Below are positions 44,345-53,444 of a stretch of 64,000 nucleotides of DNA, piece by piece. The notes beneath the pieces were generated by a model. That model saw only the letters and a list, made by a program, of their open reading frames with translations, ran no database searches and had not been told where the DNA came from. How positions within the stretch are numbered: position 1 is the stretch's first letter; the number at the start of each line of letters is the position of its first letter. Both the position numbers and the translations under genes were made by a program. The DNA is from Synergistaceae bacterium (GTDB lineage Bacteria; Synergistota; Synergistia; Synergistales; Synergistaceae): NCBI GenBank assembly GCA_031269875.1, contig JAISYM010000085.1, positions 1,963-65,962 of the forward strand, written 5' to 3'.

Positions 44345-45739
44345 ATGTGCGGCATTTTCGGCGCGTACAGCCCCGACAGTTTCGTGGCGGAGGAAGTGTA
44401 CCTCGGGCTCGCCGCGCTGCAGCACCGCGGGCAGGAATCGGCGGGAGTGGCCTGGATCGACGGCGGCAGGCGGATCAATTCCATAAAAGGCATGGGGCTG
44501 GTGCACGAGGCATTGAGCCAGAGCGTGCTCGCCAAGACGCCGGCGAAGGCGGCGATAGGGCATGTGCGTTATTCGACGGCGGGGGCGTCGATGCTGCAGA
44601 ACGCCCAGCCGATTTGCGCGAACTACGCGAAAGGGCCGGTCGCCATCGCTCACAACGGCAACCTCACGAATTTCGAAGAGCTGCGTGCCACACTTGAAAA
44701 CAGGGGGGCCATCTTCCAGTCGACGAGCGACACGGAGGCCATTTTGCAATTGCTGGCGCACCAGCCGAGACGAAGCCCGTTCGACGCGCTGCTCCGCGCA
44801 CTGGCGGAGGTGCGGGGGGCTTACTGTCTCGTCGTCCTGCTGGAGGAGGGCCTGGTGGCGGCGCGCGACCCGTGGGGTTTCCGCCCGCTCGCGCTCGGAA
44901 AACGCGGCGACAACTATTACGTGGCGTCCGAGAGCTGCGCTTTCAGCCTGCTGGGCGCGTCTTTCGTGCGCGATATAGAACCGGGCGAGGTCGTACTGAT
45001 CAATTCGGACGGCGTCACATCACACACACTTCCGATAACGAGCGCCAGGAAGTGGTTCTGCTCCTTCGAGTACGTCTATTTCGCCCGTCCCGACAGCGTG
45101 CTGTTAGGACGCTCGGTCTACAGGGCGCGGCATGAGATGGGCAAGAGGCTTGCCATCAGCGAGGGCGTGGACGCCGATTTTGTGGCCGCTTTCCCCGACA
45201 GCGGCACCAACGCCGCACTCGGTTACGCCGAACAGGCGGGTATTCCTTTCGAGGCGGCGGTAGTGCGAAACAGATACGTAGGGAGAACGTTCATACAGCC
45301 GACACAGAAAGTGCGCGAACTAGGCGTGAGGATCAAACTGAGTCCCTGTCCTGAGCTTTTCCGCGACCGCGCCTCCGTACTCGTCGACGACTCGATCGTG
45401 CGCGGCACGACCGCCGGACTGGTGATATCCATGATAAGGGAGTGCCGCTCGCGCGCCCTGCACCTCAGGATATCGTCGCCTCCCGTGAGGTATCCGTGTT
45501 TTTACGGCATAGATACCCCGTCGAGCGGCGATCTCGCGGCCGCGAAATACAGTCTCGACGACATAACGAGGACGGTAGGCGCCGACTCCCTGCGTTACCT
45601 GAGCCGCGAGGACATGATAAACGCGATCGGCCTGCCGCCGGATTCGTTATGCACGGCGTGTTTCGACGGAAATTACCTCGGCGATGACGGCAAGTGCGTG
45701 ACGTCAAAGGGCGCGTGCGGCGGCGAAATTTTCGACTGA
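44345..45739 (+). CDS. purF: Amidophosphoribosyltransferase (mirror copy)
   Basis: Mirror of 16758..18152, with an identical translation. Confidence 0.95.
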   Translation: MCGIFGAYSPDSFVAEEVYLGLAALQHRGQESAGVAWIDGGRRINSIKGMGLVHEALSQSVLAKTPAKAAIGHVRYSTAGASMLQNAQPICANYAKGPVAIAHNGNLTNFEELRATLENRGAIFQSTSDTEAILQLLAHQPRRSPFDALLRALAEVRGAYCLVVLLEEGLVAARDPWGFRPLALGKRGDNYYVASESCAFSLLGASFVRDIEPGEVVLINSDGVTSHTLPITSARKWFCSFEYVYFARPDSVLLGRSVYRARHEMGKRLAISEGVDADFVAAFPDSGTNAALGYAEQAGIPFEAAVVRNRYVGRTFIQPTQKVRELGVRIKLSPCPELFRDRASVLVDDSIVRGTTAGLVISMIRECRSRALHLRISSPPVRYPCFYGIDTPSSGDLAAAKYSLDDITRTVGADSLRYLSREDMINAIGLPPDSLCTACFDGNYLGDDGKCVTSKGACGGEIFD

Positions 45740-45791
45740 ACCGTTACCGGCTATAAACCGCAAAATATCGTCGCCAGCGTTGAAATTATAG

Positions 45792-45886
45792 ATTCGCCAA
45801 TATTCTATTTTACAAAACGCCATGTTGCTATTTTATCATTCGCCGGCATTCTATTTTATCAAACGCCATTAACGGTGTAAAATAGC
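45792..45886. promoter_or_regulatory. Iterated motif array upstream of the DUF4143-type ATPase (mirror copy)
   Basis: Mirror of 16611..16705. Confidence 0.5.
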
Positions 45887-45915
45887 GCTGAACACTTGAT
45901 TTGAGAGGACACGAC

Positions 45916-47154
45916 ATGGCAAAAAAAATATACCCTCGCTGGCAAGCCAATACGATTACGCAAGCCTTAAAGACAAGGCGAGTGGTAATGGTATCCGGCC
46001 CACGGCAATGCGGAAAAACCACACTCGTAAAACAAATGGTTCAAAGTAACGACACTTTCCTGACGCTTGACGATGACGCCTTACTCAAGACAGCCTCGAG
46101 TGATCCGTTAGGCTTTGCGAAACACCATCGGGGCGCGTCAACGGGAGCGACGGTAATAGATGAAGTCCAAAAAGTCCCGGCTTTAATCACGGCCATTAAA
46201 AGAGTTGTAGATGAAGACAGCTCTCCCGGTCAGTTTTTGCTGACCGGCTCCAGCGATTTCCAAAAAAACCCTGAAATAACGGAAAGCCTAGCCGGACGAG
46301 TGAAAAACATTGAACTGCGCCCTCTTTCAATCGGCGAAACGCTGGAGCGCAATCCTTCATTTTTAGACAGGGCTTTTGGCGAAGGCTGGCCCGCGCAAAT
46401 TAAAGGCTATGACAAGAAACGTGTGATAGAGCTGGCCTTTATAGGAGGATACCCTGAACCGCTTTTTTTTAACGCGCACGAGAGGACGGGCTGGCATCTT
46501 GATTATGCTCGCACTCTGCTTGCCCGTGACCTTAGAGATGTCGCCAATATCAGAAGAAAAGAAACCTTGCGAGAATTATTGGGCGTTCTTGCCGCTTGGT
46601 CGAGTAAATATCTTGATACTGATTCGATTTGTGCTAAATTAAACATAACCAAACCGACGCTTTCAAGTTATATCAATGCGCTCGCGGCATTGTATCTTTT
46701 TCAAAAGGTTCCGTCGTGGAGAAAAACCGATTATGATCGGGTTGGCAAACGTGATAAATTTTTTACCACCGATACGGGCTTAATGGCCTCGCTTTTGGAT
46801 TGGCGGCTTGACGATGTTTTTCTCGACTCTGACCGCAGCGGCAAGATTTTTGAGACGCTTGTGTATAACCAACTGTTTTCTGAAACTAGCTTAGGCTATG
46901 AGTATTCTCTTTTTCATTACCGAGACCGGGCGAAACGGGAAATTGATTTTATTGTGGAAAATCGTCAGGGGGCAATTTTAGGGATAGAAGTCAAAGCCGG
47001 TTCAATGGTCAGCCAGAGCGACTGTAAACACTTGAATTGGTTTAAAGGGAACGTTAAAAAACCCTTTCGCGGTATCGTCTTGTATTCCGGAGAAAATACT
47101 TTACCTTTGGCGAAGGATATCCTAGCAGTCCCTATAGCCGCGCTATGGAATTAA
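45916..47154 (+). CDS. P-loop ATPase with DUF4143-like domain (mirror copy)
   Basis: Mirror of 15343..16581. The ATG at 45916 is 6 nt after GAGAGGA. Confidence 0.8.
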   Translation: MAKKIYPRWQANTITQALKTRRVVMVSGPRQCGKTTLVKQMVQSNDTFLTLDDDALLKTASSDPLGFAKHHRGASTGATVIDEVQKVPALITAIKRVVDEDSSPGQFLLTGSSDFQKNPEITESLAGRVKNIELRPLSIGETLERNPSFLDRAFGEGWPAQIKGYDKKRVIELAFIGGYPEPLFFNAHERTGWHLDYARTLLARDLRDVANIRRKETLRELLGVLAAWSSKYLDTDSICAKLNITKPTLSSYINALAALYLFQKVPSWRKTDYDRVGKRDKFFTTDTGLMASLLDWRLDDVFLDSDRSGKIFETLVYNQLFSETSLGYEYSLFHYRDRAKREIDFIVENRQGAILGIEVKAGSMVSQSDCKHLNWFKGNVKKPFRGIVLYSGENTLPLAKDILAVPIAALWN

Positions 47155-47206
47155 AAAACGGCTGCGGAGCAGGCGATTCAAACCCAAGATACAGCTTGGA
47201 TATTTT

Positions 47207-47935
47207 TCACCTGTCGACCACGCCTCCGTGATAGCAGATGAACCTGTCCGCATCGAGGCTCAGCAGTTTTTTCGCCGACAGTCTGGCGGTTTCGATGTCG
47301 AACGAATACCGCGGGCTGGCGGCATGCAGCCGTCCCAGCAGGGCGACGAGGGCGTCGCCGGTGATGACGGTCTTCTCGTTCCGCACGAACATGGATATAT
47401 GGCCCGGCAGATGTCCGGGGGTGGCGATTATCTCGGTTCCGCCGCACCACGGCATCACGTCCCCTCCCTCTACGACGGCGTCGATACGCGCGGGCTTCAT
47501 GGACTCGAATTCGGCGCGAATCTCGTCGGCCCGTCTCCGCTCCAACTCGGACAGGTAGATGAGGACGGATTGAGTCTGGCGCAGGCGGACCGACTTCTCT
47601 TTCCCCTCGATCACGAGCGCGTCCGGCCCCGAGGCCATCGTCGTGACGCGGGGATATTTTTCCTTTATGTCGGCCAGCGTGCCGCAGTGGTCGTAGTCGT
47701 GATGGGTGACGATGACGCCAGTGATCTCTCGGAACGGAATACCGGCCTCCTCGGACGCGCGCTCCAGCAGCGGAAGGCCTCCCGGATACCCGCAGTCGAC
47801 GAGGATGCGATGTTCGCCGTCGCACAACAAAACGGGATATATGGTCTTGATCCCTTTGCGGACGAAATCGACCCGAAGGGGTATCGCCCCGCTTATTTTT
47901 CGCCCCGCTTCCAACAGACCGATCGCTCCTCTCAA
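47207..47935 (-). CDS. MBL-fold metallo-hydrolase (mirror copy)
   Basis: Mirror of 14562..15290, with an identical translation. Confidence 0.8.
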   Translation of the reverse strand: MRGAIGLLEAGRKISGAIPLRVDFVRKGIKTIYPVLLCDGEHRILVDCGYPGGLPLLERASEEAGIPFREITGVIVTHHDYDHCGTLADIKEKYPRVTTMASGPDALVIEGKEKSVRLRQTQSVLIYLSELERRRADEIRAEFESMKPARIDAVVEGGDVMPWCGGTEIIATPGHLPGHISMFVRNEKTVITGDALVALLGRLHAASPRYSFDIETARLSAKKLLSLDADRFICYHGGVVDR

Positions 47936-48085
47936 AAAAATTTCGCGCGCTCATCAGTAATTTTTATCACGCCGCTCTCCGGCGTCATTATGTCTTTTTT
48001 GACAAGTCGCGCGTTCGGTATATTTGCCGCTGACATGTGGTTATATTATATATAATATGAAAAACGTTCTCAGGAGGTGGATTGA

Positions 48086-48880
48086 ATGTCTTGGTTATGG
48101 GCCGCTTTGACGCCGCACCCGCCCATTATCGTTCCGGGGGTCGGTGGTGGGCGCGAGAAGGAGGCCGCGGTCACCCTGGAAGGTATCGCGGGAGTGATGG
48201 AACGTGTACGCGAACGGAAGCCGGAGGCGATTTTGCTTCTCTCGCCGCACCAGACTTACGCGCTGGGCGCGTTCGCGCTGAACACTTCGCCGGTTGTGAA
48301 AGGCGGGCTCGCGATGTACGGGGCGCGCGACGCTTCGTTCGAACTGCGCACGCCACAGCCGAAAGTCGACGCGCTGGCGGAATTTCTTGGTGCGGACGAC
48401 GTGCCGGTGAGCATGGTGACCTCGGCCGACCTCGATCACGACCAGGGATCCTCGGTGCCGCTCTATTTTCTGAGAAATACATATGGTCCTTTGCCCGACA
48501 TCGTGCTGTCCAGTCCCATCGGGCTCGAGAGGAAAATGTCGTTCAAACTCGGCGAGGCGATGTCCCGTTTCGACGACGGCAGAACATGGGGCTTGCTCGC
48601 GAGCGGAGACCTGTCGCACAGGCTGAAACCGGGCGCTCCGGCGGGTTTCAGCCCGATGGGGGAGAAATTCGACGCGGCGGTAGTGGAATCCCTTAAAAAA
48701 GCCGATCCATCGCCGGTCTTCGACCTGTCTCGCCGCGCGATCGAAGACGCGGGGGAATGCGGCATGCGCTCGGTGCTGGCGATGCTCGGCATGGTGTCCG
48801 CACTGGGCGGGAAGATCGACGTCCTGTCGTACGAAGGGCCGTACGGGGTTGGTTACTGCAACGCCATATCCGTCTTCTGA
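48086..48880 (+). CDS. Memo/LigB-fold protein of the AmmeMemoRadiSam cluster (mirror copy)
   Basis: Mirror of 13617..14411, with an identical translation. Confidence 0.65.
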   Translation: MSWLWAALTPHPPIIVPGVGGGREKEAAVTLEGIAGVMERVRERKPEAILLLSPHQTYALGAFALNTSPVVKGGLAMYGARDASFELRTPQPKVDALAEFLGADDVPVSMVTSADLDHDQGSSVPLYFLRNTYGPLPDIVLSSPIGLERKMSFKLGEAMSRFDDGRTWGLLASGDLSHRLKPGAPAGFSPMGEKFDAAVVESLKKADPSPVFDLSRRAIEDAGECGMRSVLAMLGMVSALGGKIDVLSYEGPYGVGYCNAISVF

Positions 48881-48898
48881 AAGGAGCGACGAAACGAT

Positions 48899-49444
48899 AT
48901 GCCGGATATTGAAAAAAATCATCCTTACGTGGTGTTGGCCCGCCTCGCCGCGGAACGATACCTGAGCGGCGGCATCATGCCCGCGAACGGGCTCGAGGTA
49001 GACAAGAGCGCGGAACTTTGGAACATCCGCCGGGCTTGTTTCGTCTCGATAAAGACCCTCTCGGGAGACCTGCGCGGCTGTATCGGGACGATACTGCCCG
49101 CCCGTCCCTCGCTCGACATCGAGATCATCGAAAACGCCGTGTCTTCCTCCACCCGCGACCCGCGTTTCCCCCCGATGAAAAAAGCCGAGCTGGATAATGT
49201 CGTGTTCTCGGTCGACGTGCTGAGCGAACCTGAGAAAATCCCCGACAAAAGCATGCTCGACGTCAAAAAATGGGGTGTGATCGTCTCGAAAGGAGCGCGT
49301 CGCGGCGTGCTTCTGCCGGATCTTGACGGCGTCGGCACGGTCGACGCGCAGATAGAGATAGCTTCGCGCAAGGCCGGTATCTTCGGCGGCGCGGATGGCG
49401 TCACCCTGGAGCGTTTTTCGGTGCGGAGGTATCCCGAAGAATGA
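48899..49444 (+). CDS. amrA: AMMECR1-domain protein (mirror copy)
   Basis: Mirror of 13053..13598, with an identical translation. Confidence 0.85.
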   Translation: MPDIEKNHPYVVLARLAAERYLSGGIMPANGLEVDKSAELWNIRRACFVSIKTLSGDLRGCIGTILPARPSLDIEIIENAVSSSTRDPRFPPMKKAELDNVVFSVDVLSEPEKIPDKSMLDVKKWGVIVSKGARRGVLLPDLDGVGTVDAQIEIASRKAGIFGGADGVTLERFSVRRYPEE

Positions 49445-50298
49445 CGGAACCGGCGTGGTGGATGCCGGCCGACGGCGGAGCGTCGGCCGTGTGCTCGCTC
49501 TGTTTTCACGGGTGCAGGATCAAAAAGGGCGGCACGGGATTTTGCAAGGCGAGAAGATATACCGACGAAGGCTTCAAGTCGCCGCATCTTGGAAGATTCG
49601 TGTCGGTGGCGGTGGACCCCATAGAGAAAAAACCCCTGCGCCGCTGGCGTCCCGGCACGCAAATACTGTCGCTGGGCGGCATACTGTGCGATATGACGTG
49701 CCCGTTCTGCCAGAACCATACCATCGCGCATCCGCTGGGCAATCTCAGGGAGCGTGTGATCATGCCCTGGCAGCTTGCCGAAATGGCGAAGCGTTCTTCG
49801 CTCAAAGCCGTGGCCTACACCTATAACGAGCCGACGCTGCAGGCGGAGTATATAGTAGAGGCTTCCGCCGTCCTGAAAAAAGAGGGCATAGCCACGGTTA
49901 TGGTGACGAACGGAATGTTCGGCGAAGCGTTCTGTGAGGAGGCCGCAAGGCGCGTCGACGCCATGAATATAGACATAAAGACGTTCGACGAGGAGAAGTA
50001 CGCCAAGCTCGGAGGTTCTCTCGAAACGGTAAAACGCAACATAAGACGCCTCGTCGACGCCGGGGTGCACATAGAGCTGACGAACCTGGTCGTTCCCGGC
50101 ATAAGCGACTCGGAGGGGGATTTCGTTCGGATGATCTCGTGGATAACGAGCGTCTCTCACTGCGTGCCGCTTCATATCTCGAGGTATTTCCCGGCTTACC
50201 AGTATCGCGAGGAACCCACTGATCCCGCGTTGATGCTGAGGTTTCGGGACATAGCCGGCGCGAGGCTCAAATATATCTATATGGGCAATTTGCCCTGA
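49441..50298 (+). CDS. amrS: AmmeMemoRadiSam radical SAM enzyme (mirror copy)
   Basis: Mirror of 12199..13056, with an identical translation. Confidence 0.8.
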   Translation: MTEPAWWMPADGGASAVCSLCFHGCRIKKGGTGFCKARRYTDEGFKSPHLGRFVSVAVDPIEKKPLRRWRPGTQILSLGGILCDMTCPFCQNHTIAHPLGNLRERVIMPWQLAEMAKRSSLKAVAYTYNEPTLQAEYIVEASAVLKKEGIATVMVTNGMFGEAFCEEAARRVDAMNIDIKTFDEEKYAKLGGSLETVKRNIRRLVDAGVHIELTNLVVPGISDSEGDFVRMISWITSVSHCVPLHISRYFPAYQYREEPTDPALMLRFRDIAGARLKYIYMGNLP

Positions 50299-50310
50299 AG
50301 TGTCCCGGAA

Positions 50311-51075
50311 CTAAAATTTATGCACCTTCACGTCCCTGCCGTTCACCCATCCCCTGAACCGCGAGTTCGTGACGTAGTACCATACGCTTCCGTCGCCGCC
50401 GCGCACTTCCTGCGTGACGAATATGGGCGTATCCTTCCGCATCACCGCGACTATATCCGATGTCTCCGACGGCTTCGCCCTGCATTCGGACCGGTCACGC
50501 GTCACGACACCGCCCGTCTGGATGGCGTAAGGCCGCGGCTTCGGTTTTTCGCCGACCATACGGACGGCCCTGGCGTCTGTCTCGGCTTCGGCTCGCTCGG
50601 CCCGGGGTTCGGATCCGGGAGCCGCCGGCAAGGGTATCGCCGTGCTGGAGTCCGTTTTTATCGGGATATTTTTCCCCCGGAAATATTTTGGCCCGTAATT
50701 GATGGCGGCGCCCGCTAAGGCCAGGAAAATCACCGCCAGGATGACGTTTTTCAGCACGGCTCCGCGGAAATTTTCCTTCCTGCGGCGTTTTTGAAACTCC
50801 AACTCGAGGGTTACGCTTGATTCGTGCGATTTGAAGTTGTGGACATTGCCAGACGAGCATACGCGAGGCGGCTCTCCGAAGGAGTCGTCGTATTCCCTGC
50901 GCAGGGCGGGGTCGCTGAGACACCTGTAAGCCTCGGTCACATCCGGCATCAGGGAGGCCTGGAACGCGTCATAACCCGCGGCTGCCGAATGGCTTTCGTA
51001 GGCTGCCTCTATCTCTACGGGAGAGGCATTTTTTTGGACTCCCAGAATGAAATAGTAATTCTTTAATGTCGGCAT
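50311..51075 (-). CDS. J-domain-like / TM / SH3b-like protein (mirror copy)
   Basis: Mirror of 11422..12186. Confidence 0.6.
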   Translation of the reverse strand: MPTLKNYYFILGVQKNASPVEIEAAYESHSAAAGYDAFQASLMPDVTEAYRCLSDPALRREYDDSFGEPPRVCSSGNVHNFKSHESSVTLELEFQKRRRKENFRGAVLKNVILAVIFLALAGAAINYGPKYFRGKNIPIKTDSSTAIPLPAAPGSEPRAERAEAETDARAVRMVGEKPKPRPYAIQTGGVVTRDRSECRAKPSETSDIVAVMRKDTPIFVTQEVRGGDGSVWYYVTNSRFRGWVNGRDVKVHKF

Positions 51076-51331
51076 GCCTGTCCTTTCACATCCATCCGTT
51101 TCCCGACGAGGTACCAAAAGGGCGTTTCTCCATTTACAACGAACGATGCCACAATACACCAAAACCCCATGTCGCGTCAATTATCGCGCGTTTTTTTGCC
51201 GGCACATCGAGAAATACGGGGAAATACAATTTTACGATAGCGTAAAAAACGCTGTTAATATATAATACGTCGTGAAAGCACATAACATGACGATAACGGG
51301 AAAAATTCGTTCAAACTGAAGGGGAGCCGCG

Positions 51332-51862
51332 ATGGACGACTTGGTGACGAGAGCTGTTAAATACGGTTTTTCGCACGCCGCTTTGCTCGACGCATTCACG
51401 CTCAGGGCGCGGAGCGAGGTGCGCGACATGTGCCGGGCCGATAAATGCAACCGTTTTGGGAAAAACTGGAGGTGTCCGCCGGCGTGCGGCTCGATCGAGG
51501 AGAACGCGCGGGCTATGGGCGCGTACCGGACTGGCCTGATAGTACAGACCACGGGAGAACTGGAAGACGACTTCGATTACGAATCCATGGAAGCGGCGGG
51601 GCAGCGTCAGAAGAAACTTTTCATCTCTTTCAGGGACGAGCTCGCGGGCGAGTATTCGGGTATGCTCGCGCTCGGCAACGGCGCGTGCGCTGTGTGCGGC
51701 GCGTGCACTTATCCCGATTTCCCATGTGTTGCCCCCGAGCGGTCGGTCTCGTCGATGGAGGCGTTCGGGCTCCTGGTGAGCGATGTCTGTGAGAAAAATG
51801 GCCTCGGGTATTACTACGGCCCCAGGACGATCACCTATACGGGCTGTTATCTGCTACAATGA
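51332..51862 (+). CDS. Cys-rich DUF2284-like protein (mirror copy)
   Basis: Mirror of 10635..11165, with an identical translation. Confidence 0.55.
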   Translation: MDDLVTRAVKYGFSHAALLDAFTLRARSEVRDMCRADKCNRFGKNWRCPPACGSIEENARAMGAYRTGLIVQTTGELEDDFDYESMEAAGQRQKKLFISFRDELAGEYSGMLALGNGACAVCGACTYPDFPCVAPERSVSSMEAFGLLVSDVCEKNGLGYYYGPRTITYTGCYLLQ

Positions 51863-51934
51863 GCGAAGTGCCGGGGATATAGACTCACAAAACTTTTAAA
51901 TACTATAATTAATGAGAACGAGGAGGATGAAACG

Positions 51935-52567
51935 ATGGCCGATATCCTGAACGAGATAAGCGAGAACCTTCAGAACGGCAAGGCGAAGGTCGTGGTGGAA
52001 CTGGTCGGAAAAGCGATTGAAGAGGGGCTTCCGCCGCAAAAGATACTCGACGAAGGCCTTCTGGCCGGCATGGGAGTCATAGGCGCGAAATTCAAGGCCA
52101 ACGAGGTATTCGTCCCCGAGGTTCTGGTGGCGGCGCGTGCCATGAACAAGGGCGCAGAGGTGCTCAAGCCGAGACTGGCGGCCGAGGGAATAAAGGCGAA
52201 GGGCAGGGCCGTGATCGGCACGGTGAAGGGCGACCTGCACGATATAGGCAAGAACCTCGTGAAAATGATGATGGAGGGCCGCGGCATAGAGATGATTGAT
52301 CTCGGCGTCGATGTCCCCGCGAGCAGGTTTGTGGAAGCCGCGAAGGAAAATGATGTGCCTATCGTCTGCTGTTCCGCGCTCCTCACTACGACCATGGGAG
52401 AGATAAAGGGCGTGGTGGACGCATTCAAGGAAGCCGGCGCCAGGGACAGGGTGAAGATAATGATCGGCGGCGCGCCTGTGACGCAGGCTTTCTGCGACCA
52501 GATAGGCGCCGACAGCTATGCTCCGGACGCTGCCTCCGCCGCGGAAGCCGCGGTCGCGTTTATATAG
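51935..52567 (+). CDS. Corrinoid (B12-binding) protein (mirror copy)
   Basis: Mirror of 9930..10562, with an identical translation. Confidence 0.85.
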   Translation: MADILNEISENLQNGKAKVVVELVGKAIEEGLPPQKILDEGLLAGMGVIGAKFKANEVFVPEVLVAARAMNKGAEVLKPRLAAEGIKAKGRAVIGTVKGDLHDIGKNLVKMMMEGRGIEMIDLGVDVPASRFVEAAKENDVPIVCCSALLTTTMGEIKGVVDAFKEAGARDRVKIMIGGAPVTQAFCDQIGADSYAPDAASAAEAAVAFI

Positions 52568-52589
52568 ACAAGGTTGTGTCCCGCGCGAG

Positions 52590-53444
52590 TCACCGCCGGC
52601 CCGAGATATATTTTTTGACCGTCTTGTAGTAAGGAACGAGCGAGCCGGCGAACGACGCGTCTCCCCTCCACAGGGGAAAATCCAGCATAGGGGCGGGGCG
52701 GCGCGTCTCCGGAGACAGGGTTTCGAGAGCGTTCAGCTCGCCGGGCAGCGCGGGCGGGCAGTAAAAACCGGCGTCCGCTCGTGGAGGCGCGATACCCGCG
52801 TCCGGTTCTGATTCGGCGTCGTATTTTTGAGGTTCGTCCGCGACGGGCTCGCGGCCGGCGAACGATATTCTTTCGCTGGCCGGCGCGCACAATATATCCA
52901 ACAGTTCCCCCTTTTCCAAACCGCGCAGGCGCATCAGCAAGAAGGGATCGCGGTCGATCGCGGAAGCGGCCACGCAGACGACCGCCAGGATGTGCTCGCA
53001 GACATCCCCCTGTTCGGGGCAGGCACACCACTTTCTGCTCTTCATGAAGCCGTGGAGCGACAAGGCCATGCCGCATGATTTGAATATGTCGTCGATATCG
53101 CCGGGAGAGGCGCCCATCAGAAGGGCGGCCTTGTATTTCGCTTTTTCGCGCAGGCGGTTCACTACGTCATCCAGCGCGCCGTTGCGGGGGGGTACTGTAT
53201 AAATCCGCACCGCGTAAGGCGCCTTGCGTTTCCCCTGGACATGGGCCTCGATGAGGCCGGACGAGATTGTGAGGTCGAGGACGCGGCCGTTTTTGGCATC
53301 TCTTTTGGCAGCGGTTATACGCCTGGGAGACGCCGCCTCGCACATGCGGTTTATCAGATCTGCCGTCCTGGGGCTTGGGTTCTCGAATTCCGAACGGGTC
53401 CTGATGCCCGGCGGGCGTCCTCTTTTGCGTTTGGGCAAGTTCAT
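52590..53444 (-). CDS. SWIM zinc-finger protein (mirror copy)
   Basis: Mirror of 9053..9907. Confidence 0.7.
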   Translation of the reverse strand: MNLPKRKRGRPPGIRTRSEFENPSPRTADLINRMCEAASPRRITAAKRDAKNGRVLDLTISSGLIEAHVQGKRKAPYAVRIYTVPPRNGALDDVVNRLREKAKYKAALLMGASPGDIDDIFKSCGMALSLHGFMKSRKWCACPEQGDVCEHILAVVCVAASAIDRDPFLLMRLRGLEKGELLDILCAPASERISFAGREPVADEPQKYDAESEPDAGIAPPRADAGFYCPPALPGELNALETLSPETRRPAPMLDFPLWRGDASFAGSLVPYYKTVKKYISGRR